Program-made: the position numbers and the translations under genes
Shown here: positions 9,134 to 16,675 of the stretch, in pieces
Position numbering within the stretch: position 1 is the first letter of the stretch
How the letters are laid out: every line of letters begins with the position of its first letter
Notes under the pieces: generated by a model
What the model was told of the DNA's origin: nothing
Database searches by the model: none
The model's input: only the letters and a program-made list of their open reading frames with translations
Virus record (IMG/VR): IMGVR_UViG_3300017780_000420
Coordinates: 1 to 33,654 of that record
Reading direction: 5' to 3' (one strand)
DNA from: a virus
Taxonomy: Duplodnaviria > Caudoviricetes
Length of the DNA: 33,654 nt

Positions 9134-9409
9134 TTAATCCTTAATAAAAAAGTGTTTTGGGTAACCGTTGCAATAATCGTCAGACTTCCATTCTTCAGCT
9201 TTGGCTAACGCATCTTCATAAGATTTAGCCCAACCTGATAATTGACCGTGCGGTGTAATTTGTTTTACTGAAAATGATGTGCCAAATGACGGCTCAATTT
9301 CGTATGTTGCCAAGCCGTTAAAAAAATCTTCGGCATGGGCGTATGCGGTGTGTGCTCCAGCATCTTCATTAGCGATACGGCTGTTGCGTTGTTCTGTAGT
9401 TTCTCTCAT
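9134..9409 (-). CDS. Hypothetical protein, first gene of leftward accessory operon
   Basis: AAGGAG RBS before ATG, promoter upstream. Confidence 0.7.
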   Translation of the reverse strand: MRETTEQRNSRIANEDAGAHTAYAHAEDFFNGLATYEIEPSFGTSFSVKQITPHGQLSGWAKSYEDALAKAEEWKSDDYCNGYPKHFFIKD

Positions 9410-9452
9410 TTAAATCTCCTTTATCTATCTCACTCGCCAATCGAGTAACACC

Positions 9453-9481
9453 AGTTTAGTTTAGAAAACTAAAGTAATCAA
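9453..9481 (-). promoter_or_regulatory. Leftward sigma70-like promoter with palindromic operator in the spacer
   Basis: TTGATT-17-TAAACT; spacer holds TTTAG-N4-CTAAA; short hairpin ACTCG/CGAGT just downstream. Confidence 0.65.
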
Positions 9482-9526
9482 GCGTTTTTAATTAGGAAAA
9501 ACCCTATGTTGTTGTAAAAAAGATAC

Positions 9527-9614
9527 AGGGCAGTATTTGGCAGTTACTAGCTGTTAGGTGGAAAGCCGCAAAAACCCTAACTTACTGCATCCTACTATGG
9601 CGGCTTAACGCCCT
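9527..9614 (-). ncRNA. Candidate pseudoknotted RNA
   Basis: Nested stems AGGGC/GCCCT, AGTA/TACT, GCAGT/ACTGC, GTTAGG/CCTAAC; apical loop GCGGCTT pairs with 5' AAGCCGC. Confidence 0.55.
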
Positions 9615-9623
9615 AAAAAAGTT

Positions 9624-9652
9624 GGGGTACTTGCTTCTTTACGCTTTCCCCC
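9624..9652 (-). ncRNA. Bulged-G (loop E/sarcin-ricin-like) hairpin
   Basis: GGGG-GAA-AGC...GCA-AGUA-CCCC. Confidence 0.5.
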
Positions 9653-9666
9653 GTTCCCGTGAAGGA

Positions 9667-10428
9667 TTAAAGATTGTTTTTGATCTGATAGACCCGTAAC
9701 AAATGCTGAAAGCACTCCCAACTCTTTTGAAGTTGGGGTTCTTCTACTTCTATTAATTTTACTTGATTAGTTGTTCCATTAACAAATACGATGGCACAGC
9801 GAGCAGAAGGCAAGCCTAGTCCTTCACGGTAGGCCGCTAACTGCATTTCATGCTCAAAATATACATCAACTTTATCAAGGTCGGTGTCTTTTGTTTTGAA
9901 ATCCACAATGAACCCAGTACCGTTGCCGTTAACTGGTTTAGCCATTAAATCGCATTTGCCACCAAACCCTAGATGATGCCCAAAAGAACGCTCTGCAAGC
10001 CACGGTTGCTCTCCAAACGCACTTTTAAGCGTACTATCAATCGCATCAAGATATGCTGGCTTTTCAGGCAAATACATCTGCTCAAAATAACCCTCAATAA
10101 TCGCATGAATTGCAGTACCCCGTTCTGCCGCTTCCCTGCCTGTAGCTTTACTATCCTGCATTACACGCTTTAGCCACTCATCTTCTGATTCCTGTAAACC
10201 TCTAGGAAGCGTTAATGCGGCTAAGAGGACTTGTTGTTGCTTCCATGTATCAAGACCTGCTTTTGATAGCTGTCCGTTAATTGTAGTAACACTTGGCAAA
10301 AGTCCTTCTTTTCGTGCATCCCGAAGCGTTGTTGGTCGCTCGCCAGTTTTGCCGATGGTTGTGTAGGCTGGAGTGCCGTCTTTGGTGTACCAATGACCAT
10401 TTTGTTCTACCTTTTCTTTAACTATCAT
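9667..10428 (-). CDS. PD-(D/E)XK exonuclease (Cas4/RecB-like recombination nuclease)
   Basis: LPSVTTI...RGTAIH...E...GGKCDL...IVDFKT...QLAAY motifs. Confidence 0.82.
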   Translation of the reverse strand: MIVKEKVEQNGHWYTKDGTPAYTTIGKTGERPTTLRDARKEGLLPSVTTINGQLSKAGLDTWKQQQVLLAALTLPRGLQESEDEWLKRVMQDSKATGREAAERGTAIHAIIEGYFEQMYLPEKPAYLDAIDSTLKSAFGEQPWLAERSFGHHLGFGGKCDLMAKPVNGNGTGFIVDFKTKDTDLDKVDVYFEHEMQLAAYREGLGLPSARCAIVFVNGTTNQVKLIEVEEPQLQKSWECFQHLLRVYQIKNNL

Positions 10429-10448
10429 TTCGTGCTTTCAATGTGGGT

Positions 10449-10531
10449 GGGGCTACTTACTCGAACATATATCTGTTTTACAGTTCTACGCATCCAGCAC
10501 AGATTTACTGGTTTACGATTGCTTTCGCCCC
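10449..10531 (-). ncRNA. Branched RNA closed by a bulged-G motif stem
   Basis: GGGGC-GAA-AGC...GUA-AGUA-GCCCC enclosing CCAGUA/UGCUGG, GAAC/GUUC and CUGU/ACAG stems. Confidence 0.5.
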
Positions 10532-10536
10532 ATAAA

Positions 10537-11151
10537 TCAAAATGGAATGTCGTTTAAGCTGTCATCTTCAATCTTAGGTGTTTCAGCATCCCGTGCCTTT
10601 TGACCACGCCATTCAGACGATTCTGTAATTTTTTCTTTGTAATACTTAGGTAAGCTGTCGTACTTAGATTGGTCAAATTCAGCCAACCAAAAATGCAAAC
10701 AAGGATTAATGCCTTGTGGCTGGGCATTACGCAAGGCTGACGGTACAGGGCTAATTCCGCTGATATTGGCGTATTTGCCATCTTCTGAATGGGTAATGTT
10801 GACCATGCAAAATTTGTCTAGCAGGTTACGCAAATCGAACTTCTTGCGATCTTCTGCGGTCATTTTTTTGTTAGACCATGATTCTAGGTCTTGACGCAAT
10901 CTAGCTTGGTCACCAAGACTAACTGTATAACGCTTAGACACAATCAAAGGTTTACCGTCATCTGTCTTTAATGGTTGGTCTTGATCGTCATTGCCATGCA
11001 ATTCCCAAGTCAATACAACCTTGTGCATGATTTTGGTTTCGCCAGCCCATTCAGTAGCTTGGTGGCCCAAGTCAATAACCGAATACAAACGGGCCATATG
11101 CAAGCCTGCTGGGGCTATTTTAAATTCTTTGCTGTTGTCTGAAATAATCAT
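10537..11151 (-). CDS. Putative single-stranded DNA-binding protein
   Basis: Acidic C-terminal tail EDDSLNDIPF; adjacent to exonuclease. Confidence 0.7.
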   Translation of the reverse strand: MIISDNSKEFKIAPAGLHMARLYSVIDLGHQATEWAGETKIMHKVVLTWELHGNDDQDQPLKTDDGKPLIVSKRYTVSLGDQARLRQDLESWSNKKMTAEDRKKFDLRNLLDKFCMVNITHSEDGKYANISGISPVPSALRNAQPQGINPCLHFWLAEFDQSKYDSLPKYYKEKITESSEWRGQKARDAETPKIEDDSLNDIPF

Positions 11152-11351
11152 TGCTTTGCTCCAAAAATAGTTGAATAGTCATTAAAGACTGCTGTTAAAA
11201 CGGGGTTTTTTCTTACTGGTGCAGGTAAGCCACACGCATAGCGTAGGTCACCTATTTCTTGTGCTGTAATAAATACCCCATCTTCGAGGTCTTTAAAGAT
11301 GCGTTCCAAATGTTGTTGGAAGCTGTGAAAGTCTTGATCTTGCTCACTCAT
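11148..11351 (-). CDS. Hypothetical protein
   Basis: Probable start ATG 11351 (MSEQD) after AGGAG RBS; ATGA overlap with next gene. Confidence 0.6.
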   Translation of the reverse strand: MSEQDQDFHSFQQHLERIFKDLEDGVFITAQEIGDLRYACGLPAPVRKNPVLTAVFNDYSTIFGAKQ

Positions 11352-11390
11352 ACGAGTTCTCCTAATTAACACGGCATATACCGTACTTAG

Positions 11391-11453
11391 ATATTAAGTT
11401 ATCTAAATTACATTGTCAAGGGTCTTGTAAAATATAAGTTAAACGATTAAGAT
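11391..11453. promoter_or_regulatory. Divergent promoter pair with operator-like palindrome
   Basis: Leftward TTGACA(11419-11414)-17-TAATAT; rightward TTGTAA(11425)-17-TAAGAT(11448-11453); TTAAG-N4-CTAAA at 11394-11407. Confidence 0.7.
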
Positions 11454-11459
11454 TGTTGT

Positions 11460-11699
11460 ATGAAAGATACTTTTACCTTATCACACGACCAATTCATTGA
11501 CCTTCTTGGGGGTACAAAAAAGGTAGCAAAGATGGCTAAAGTAAGCCAAGCGGCCGTTACCCATTGGCGTACAACCGATATTCCTGAAGGACAATTAATC
11601 CGTTTAGCGGCTGAATTAGAAAAACAATCGCATGGTTTAATTGGCAGGAAGTCGCTTTTTCCCCACAGTTATAAATTTATTTGGCCTGAATTAGATTGA
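11460..11699 (+). CDS. Cro/YdaS-like HTH transcriptional regulator
   Basis: LGGTKKVAKMAKVSQAAVTHW helix-turn-helix and IWPEL C-terminus. Confidence 0.8.
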   Translation: MKDTFTLSHDQFIDLLGGTKKVAKMAKVSQAAVTHWRTTDIPEGQLIRLAAELEKQSHGLIGRKSLFPHSYKFIWPELD

Positions 11700-11714
11700 T
11701 GTATACTTAAATTA

Positions 11715-11847
11715 TTGAGGAGTAGAACACTCGATAAACAAGGGTTTTAGAGGTGGCTTTGTGGGTTTACGAAATGAGGTAAAGAGGCATTTCGCAAGCC
11801 GTTCTATCACAGAGTTGCCCCTAAAACCCTTTTTTATTTTCTACTTC
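11715..11847 (+). ncRNA. P4 CI / P1 C4-like antisense or attenuator RNA
   Basis: Long stem 11740-11763/11808-11831, inner stem 11764-11776/11788-11800, 7-nt bulge GTTCTAT complementary to upstream loop GTAGAAC, followed by T-run. Confidence 0.6.
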
Positions 11848-11850
11848 CAA

Positions 11851-12030
11851 TCGTTCTTGGTTGGGGGCTCTAACGACATACCAGCGATCAAGACGAAAGT
11901 GTTACTGGGGGTAGTGGATGTAACAGCACAAAATAGGTGGCGAAGCTAGTGCCTATTCCACGAACGACTGGCGGGTTCTGTAACTCCGATGGAGCAGATT
12001 AAGGCGAATCTAGGTAGGCTAGGTTCGTTC
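11851..12030 (+). ncRNA. Candidate multi-hairpin structured RNA
   Basis: Five consecutive stems with G-U pairs favouring the + strand. Confidence 0.5.
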
Positions 12031-12043
12031 ACCGAAAGAGCAA

Positions 12044-12433
12044 ATGAATAAAGAAGAAGTTATAAAATTACTAGCAAATGTGCAAATAACTTCAAGAGAA
12101 GTTCAAGGTAATTACTGGAATCCAATTAAAATTCACGGCAGAAACATCAAACAATATGTTTTTTATGCTGAACGCCACGATTATAAAAAAACAACAAAAA
12201 TCTATAAAACTCTTGGTTGCACACATCAAGAATTATTACAACACATAGAAAAACAGTTTTTAGCTGGCATGAATTGGGAAAACCGCAATTTATGGCACAT
12301 AGACCACATAATTCCTATGGATACAGCAAAAACCATAGAAGATAACTATAAGTTAAATCACTTTACCAACTTACGACCCATGTGGGCTAAAGACAATTTG
12401 TCGAAAAAAAACAACATTACCCATTTAATATAA
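12044..12433 (+). CDS. HNH-family endonuclease
   Basis: LGCT..EL..HIEKQF..GM.WEN...WHIDHIIP...HFTNLRPMWAKDNLSK. Confidence 0.75.
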   Translation: MNKEEVIKLLANVQITSREVQGNYWNPIKIHGRNIKQYVFYAERHDYKKTTKIYKTLGCTHQELLQHIEKQFLAGMNWENRNLWHIDHIIPMDTAKTIEDNYKLNHFTNLRPMWAKDNLSKKNNITHLI

Positions 12434-12439
12434 AAAAAC

Positions 12440-12469
12440 TTGACACAGTTTAGAAAACTAAATCATACT
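12440..12469 (+). promoter_or_regulatory. Rightward sigma70-like promoter with operator in the spacer
   Basis: TTGACA-18-CATACT; spacer holds AGTTTAGAAAACTAAA, identical to 9458-9473. Confidence 0.7.
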
Positions 12470-12475
12470 CACGCT

Positions 12476-12574
12476 ATGGAAAATTTAATGTTGATTTTTT
12501 CTGTAGGAATATTCGCCATACTTGGTTTGGTGATGTTCTTTTTATTCATAATTCTTTATTGGGTGAAATCATGA
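12476..12574 (+). CDS. Small membrane protein (32 aa)
   Basis: MENLMLIFSVGIFAILGLVMFFLFIILYWVKS; ATGA overlap with next gene. Confidence 0.6.
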   Translation: MENLMLIFSVGIFAILGLVMFFLFIILYWVKS

Positions 12575-12849
12575 CTTGGAACTTGCGTTTAGTAAATTTG
12601 AGTAGTCCATACGAGGATTACTTTGAAATTCGTGAAGTGTATTACGACACAATGGGTAAGCCAATTGGACACGGTAATGCGTCTGTTGGTGGGGAAGATA
12701 GATTAGAAGTGGATCGCTACATTGAAATGTGTAAAGAAGCCCTTGATAAACCAATCTTAAAGTTTGCTGATGCTGAAAGATCAAACAAAACTCAGATGCT
12801 AGAAGATGAATGTGCGGCACTAAGGAAGCAGATTAATGAACTTCTCTGA
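12571..12849 (+). CDS. Hypothetical protein
   Basis: Probable start ATG 12571 (MTWNLRLV...IREVYYD..GKP). Confidence 0.65.
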   Translation: MTWNLRLVNLSSPYEDYFEIREVYYDTMGKPIGHGNASVGGEDRLEVDRYIEMCKEALDKPILKFADAERSNKTQMLEDECAALRKQINELL

Positions 12850-13219
12850 ATTTTATAGTTTATATCCCCGTAAACAGGGGCGTAGGGCGGCAGAAAAGTC
12901 TTGGGATAGGTTGACCCACAATGAGCAGGAAGATGCCTTTAACGCCCTTGCAAATCATCTTGAGTATTGGAAGCTAAAGCAGACGGAAAAGGACTATATT
13001 CCCCATCCTGCTACTTGGCTCAATCAAGGTCGCTGGGAAGATGAACTGGACATGGAAGTTAAAAAGGTCAAGAAACCTGAATTGCCGTGGTATTCCAGCG
13101 AAGAACTTACTAAGGCCAAAGCCCAAGAAGTAGGCTGTCCTGCTTACGCTGGTGAGGGTTGGCAACAATGGCGAGCAAGAATATCACAGAAGATAAAGCA
13201 ACTTGAAGAACAACTCTGA
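12836..13219 (+). CDS. Replication-initiator C-terminal-like protein
   Basis: F..FY..YPRK..R..A.K.W...YIPHPATWLNQGRWEDE motif normally found at the C-terminus of phage replisome organisers. Confidence 0.65.
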   Translation: MNFSEFYSLYPRKQGRRAAEKSWDRLTHNEQEDAFNALANHLEYWKLKQTEKDYIPHPATWLNQGRWEDELDMEVKKVKKPELPWYSSEELTKAKAQEVGCPAYAGEGWQQWRARISQKIKQLEEQL

Positions 13220-13352
13220 CGAATATTTAGCTTGGTGGTACATCGGTGTAGCAAAGAAACGAGGTTGGCCAGCAGTTGTTAAGTTGTTGGCCCAATACCC
13301 TGAAAAAGAAGAACGCATAAAACAATTGATAAAAAAGAAACTAGGAAAATGA
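13203..13352 (+). CDS. Small hypothetical protein (49 aa)
   Basis: TTG-started frame filling the gap, overlapping both neighbours. Confidence 0.45.
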   Translation: MKNNSDEYLAWWYIGVAKKRGWPAVVKLLAQYPEKEERIKQLIKKKLGK

Positions 13353-13678
13353 GAGAGATAGACCCCAATAAATGTATAGACTTCATATTAGAAAACGCAG
13401 GTAAATACGCACAAGCAAAAGGTGAGTTAGCCCAACTAGAAACATTTAAAAGCAGTTTGAAAGCCATTATGATGAAGAAATCTAATGAGCAAACTATTGG
13501 AGCACAAGAGCGTGAATCTTACGCCAGCCAAGAATACCAAGACCTTTGCAAGTCAATTGGTGTAGCTACAGAAAATGCTGAAAAGTTAAAGTGGGAACTA
13601 GAAGCCGCTAGACTTAGACACGCTACTTGGCAGACTTTAGAAGTATCAAACCGTACACAAGATCGGATATTAAAATGA
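13349..13678 (+). CDS. Hypothetical coiled-coil protein
   Basis: 109-aa ORF with AGGA RBS-like sequence and coupled stop/start. Confidence 0.65.
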   Translation: MREIDPNKCIDFILENAGKYAQAKGELAQLETFKSSLKAIMMKKSNEQTIGAQERESYASQEYQDLCKSIGVATENAEKLKWELEAARLRHATWQTLEVSNRTQDRILK

Positions 13679-13848
13679 GTAAACTAAAAATAACTGAAGA
13701 ATTTTTGATTCTTAAACTGTTTTGTAAAATGTATGAAGATGCAATGAACCGCAAAGACTATACACAAATGCTGGAACTAAGCGTTGATATTGCTGAAAGT
13801 GCTGAACAACTAGAACAGCAAACCGTAGATTTTATTAATGGCCACTAA
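13675..13848 (+). CDS. Small hypothetical protein
   Basis: Probable start ATG 13675 (MSKLKITEEF) by ATGA overlap. Confidence 0.55.
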   Translation: MSKLKITEEFLILKLFCKMYEDAMNRKDYTQMLELSVDIAESAEQLEQQTVDFINGH

Positions 13849-14116
13849 GCATGAGAAAGAAATTTACAGACGAATTGCTGAATTGGGATGTTCATTATGT
13901 AGGCATCAAGGCAATGAAGGAACGCCAGCAGAACTTCACCACATTAGACGAGGTAATATCCCTCGCACTCAAGCACCCGTCATTCCGCTTTGCCCCTACC
14001 ACCATAGAGGATCAAATACCAGTATTCACGGAATGGGTCGAAAACGCTTTGAAAGGGAGTACGCTATCACGGAAGAAGAACTACTTGAACAGACGGAGAA
14101 ACTAATTGAGTGCTAA
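13838..14116 (+). CDS. Ref-like / DUF968-like zinc-binding HNH nuclease
   Basis: LGCSLC...ELHHIR...VIPLCPYHHR...IH. Confidence 0.7.
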   Translation: MATKHEKEIYRRIAELGCSLCRHQGNEGTPAELHHIRRGNIPRTQAPVIPLCPYHHRGSNTSIHGMGRKRFEREYAITEEELLEQTEKLIEC

Positions 14117-14252
14117 TCTAATCATACTTACAGGGCTGATCTATGTTTACATTTGTGGAGAACAGTTTTTTAAGGGAGATATTGGATTGGGTTGTATGTA
14201 TGCTGGATATGCTTTTGCAAATTTTGGGGCTTACTTGATTGCTACCAAATGA
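14106..14252 (+). CDS. Small membrane protein (48 aa)
   Basis: TTG start; MSANLIILTGLIY...YAGYAFANFGAYLIATK, translated by hand. Confidence 0.55.
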   Translation: MSANLIILTGLIYVYICGEQFFKGDIGLGCMYAGYAFANFGAYLIATK

Positions 14253-14377
14253 GTTTTACCGTATATCGACACAACGGCATGAGGGAAACCCATTGGTTTA
14301 CTATTGACCAGCTAATACAATCAATGCTGGCAAACCCAAAAGACCGTTATCACCGAAACATTACAATAAATTCTTAA
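14249..14377 (+). CDS. Small hypothetical protein (42 aa)
   Basis: ATGA-coupled start MSFTVYRHNG. Confidence 0.45.
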   Translation: MSFTVYRHNGMRETHWFTIDQLIQSMLANPKDRYHRNITINS

Positions 14378-14381
14378 AACT

Positions 14382-14801
14382 TTACAAAAAATAAGTTTTT
14401 ATCGGTTCATGACTTTTAGAATCCACATTGCAAGCCCATTTAACCGCTTCTTCAGCCGTTAAACCCATTCGCATACAAACTTCTGCCGCCATAGAGCCTG
14501 AACCAATAGCCATAAATGCTCTTACCCGCTCCCACTCAAGGTCACTACCGCAAGAAAATAAACCATCGTTGGTTAGTTTTAAAAATGAACTATCAGACTT
14601 AAGTTTAGGTTTTGTTTTTACTTTTTTAGCAAGATATTCAACTACTTTTTCACCATCTACCCAGTTGCCAGCAACACCTAAATAACCGCCTTCTATTGCA
14701 AAAATCTTATCTTCAAAATATTTAATGCCTGTTTCGTCATCCGTAAATTGACTATCAGCCACTATTACTTTGTTAATCCAATCTCCAACAATAGTAGTCA
14801 T
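14382..14801 (-). CDS. Ntn-hydrolase (proteasome/HslV-like) protein
   Basis: MTTIV...ADSQ...KI...G.AG...AIGSG...A...G..A.EAV..A...D. Confidence 0.75.
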   Translation of the reverse strand: MTTIVGDWINKVIVADSQFTDDETGIKYFEDKIFAIEGGYLGVAGNWVDGEKVVEYLAKKVKTKPKLKSDSSFLKLTNDGLFSCGSDLEWERVRAFMAIGSGSMAAEVCMRMGLTAEEAVKWACNVDSKSHEPIKTYFL

Positions 14802-14803
14802 AA

Positions 14804-15763
14804 TTACACCTTATGCAGTTCGCCCCTAAAAAATACTAAACCTTCATCTTCATTGATAACCTGAACTAACTCAGGTGGCATTAAACGACTGTTTACATAG
14901 GTAAGGATTGCAAAACCTGCTCTCCAGTTAACGCTAGAATCTTCATGGTACATAAACTGGTCATCTTTTACTGCCGCCATCATTCCAGTATCAACACCAT
15001 ACATATCGCCAGTATAGTTACTCCACGGAGTACATTTCAACGAGTGCAGGTGGCCTGTTACCATTGACATACCGCCTTTAAGGATATTGTTGTACACCGC
15101 ATGAATACCGTTATGCCAGCGGTGTTTTATCATCGTATTGTCATTGACTACTACTGACCAGCTATATGACCAGCCGTACAAATGATCGGCAAGGCACATA
15201 CCTTTAACGCCTTCATATTGGGGTAAAACATTAGACAGCTTGCCATCAAAGCGTAAATCGTGATTACCTATTGTGCGGTGCAATATACATCCAGCAGGGC
15301 GTACTTTTTCTATGTCACCCAATCGGTTTTGGACTTCTTCTAATTCTTGTTGGACTGTTGGATGTTGTTGATAACCGATGCGGTTATGTTGACTGATCTG
15401 TGCAAAATCAAACAAATCGCCATTTAGGACTACCATGTTTGGCTTTAATTCTTTTACAAAATGCACAAAAGCACGGTGAGCAGTAGAGATGTAATTAGGG
15501 TTGTAATGGCAGTCAGACCCTACCATAATGATTCCATCTTTTAATTCATATTCACAGCGTATCTTGTTTTCAGGAATACTAAATCTTGGAACACCACGAT
15601 TGTTATTAGATTCAAGCATAATGTCGTACTTTTTTTCTATATTTTTCCTACGAGCATTAATGTTTCTAACATCAATATTTAATATTTTTGCCAAAGCCGT
15701 AGGGGATCGGTGTTCTTTAAATAATGCGATAAACTCTTGTTCACTACACGCTGGTTTGGTCAT
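14804..15763 (-). CDS. Calcineurin-like metallophosphoesterase with N-terminal HTH-like segment
   Basis: SDCH, NGDLFD, GNHD, H, GHLH motifs. Confidence 0.85.
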   Translation of the reverse strand: MTKPACSEQEFIALFKEHRSPTALAKILNIDVRNINARRKNIEKKYDIMLESNNNRGVPRFSIPENKIRCEYELKDGIIMVGSDCHYNPNYISTAHRAFVHFVKELKPNMVVLNGDLFDFAQISQHNRIGYQQHPTVQQELEEVQNRLGDIEKVRPAGCILHRTIGNHDLRFDGKLSNVLPQYEGVKGMCLADHLYGWSYSWSVVVNDNTMIKHRWHNGIHAVYNNILKGGMSMVTGHLHSLKCTPWSNYTGDMYGVDTGMMAAVKDDQFMYHEDSSVNWRAGFAILTYVNSRLMPPELVQVINEDEGLVFFRGELHKV

Positions 15764-15820
15764 TCCAAGCCTTTATAATGGTAAAGTTAGCCAATACTAA
15801 TCTATTTTAATTTAAAAACA

Positions 15821-16105
15821 ATGACATACGCACGAATAGATACAAACCACAAAGAAATAGTTAAGGCATTACGAGATGCTGGGGCTACTGTGGTATCACT
15901 TGCCGCAATGAAGCACGGATGCCCTGATCTTTTGGTTGGCTACGCTGGTGAAACCGTATTAATGGAAATTAAACGGGATGCCAAAGCCAAGTTCACACCT
16001 GACCAATTAGACTTTTTAGGTAAATGGAAAGGTGGTGCAATTAGTCGTGTAGATAGTGTTGAAGCCGCAATCAGAGCACTAGGTATTACAAGAAAAGTGT
16101 TATAA
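15821..16105 (+). CDS. VRR-NUC-like nuclease / resolvase
   Basis: D.N..EIV.ALR..G...G.PDLLVG...MEIK......TPDQ..F. Confidence 0.75.
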   Translation: MTYARIDTNHKEIVKALRDAGATVVSLAAMKHGCPDLLVGYAGETVLMEIKRDAKAKFTPDQLDFLGKWKGGAISRVDSVEAAIRALGITRKVL

Positions 16106-16127
16106 AATACACCAAAAGGAGCGTATT

Positions 16128-16487
16128 ATGGAAAAGTCGATGGCATTATTCCTAGCAACATTGCTACATTCGGGGACTAATACCCATTTTTTCCATTGGG
16201 CTACCAAGTCTTACGCCAAACACAAGGCACTTGGCCATTTTTACGAAGCCATTATTGAGCATACCGATGCCCTAGCCGAATGTTATTTTGGGTGCTACGG
16301 TCAGATTACTGAGTTCCCAGCTACCTATCACCAGCCAAAAGAGCCACTAGCTTACTTGCAATCACTCAAAGCGTTTGTTAAAGATGCCCGTCAAGACCTG
16401 CCGCAAGACCCTGAAATCTGCCAGCTGATTGACAATATCGCCCAAGAAATTGACACAACCATTTATTTACTTAAATTTAAGGCTTAA
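16128..16487 (+). CDS. Ferritin/Dps-like four-helix protein
   Basis: H..HW.T.SYA.H.AL..FYE......D.LAE...Y.L pattern; AAGGAG RBS. Confidence 0.7.
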   Translation: MEKSMALFLATLLHSGTNTHFFHWATKSYAKHKALGHFYEAIIEHTDALAECYFGCYGQITEFPATYHQPKEPLAYLQSLKAFVKDARQDLPQDPEICQLIDNIAQEIDTTIYLLKFKA

Positions 16488-16489
16488 TC

Positions 16490-16675
16490 ATGCCGTTAGA
16501 CAAATCAGGATCAGCCGAATCAGTCGGCAAAAACATCAAAGCTGAAGTTAAAGCTGGCAAGCCTAAAAAACAGGCACTTGCTATTGCTCTCAATACTGAG
16601 CGTGAATACGCCAAAGGTGAGCGTAAAGCTAAATTAGAAAATGCTTATGCTAAATACATTGAGGAAAAAGCATGA
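16490..16675 (+). CDS. Small basic hypothetical protein
   Basis: MPL.KS.S...VGKNI..E..AGKP.KQALAIAL motif common upstream of terminases. Confidence 0.7.
   Translation: MPLDKSGSAESVGKNIKAEVKAGKPKKQALAIALNTEREYAKGERKAKLENAYAKYIEEKA

Noticed and set aside
9667-10428. cas4 gene of a CRISPR system
   Set aside because: No Fe-S cysteine cluster pattern or CRISPR context; fits an ordinary phage recombination nuclease beside an SSB.
11761-11949. 62-aa ORF from the track
   Set aside because: No RBS and it runs through strong RNA stems and a T-run; RNA structure explains the region better.
11955-12043. Third group I intron (GAACGACTGG resembles the P7 5' strand)
   Set aside because: No matching TAGTC/CAGTC partner, no P3 pairing and no interrupted host gene.
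11851-12433. IscB/HEARO-type OMEGA system
   Set aside because: The 129-aa protein has no RuvC or PLMP motifs and no transposon ends are visible; kept only as an unassigned RNA plus HNH.
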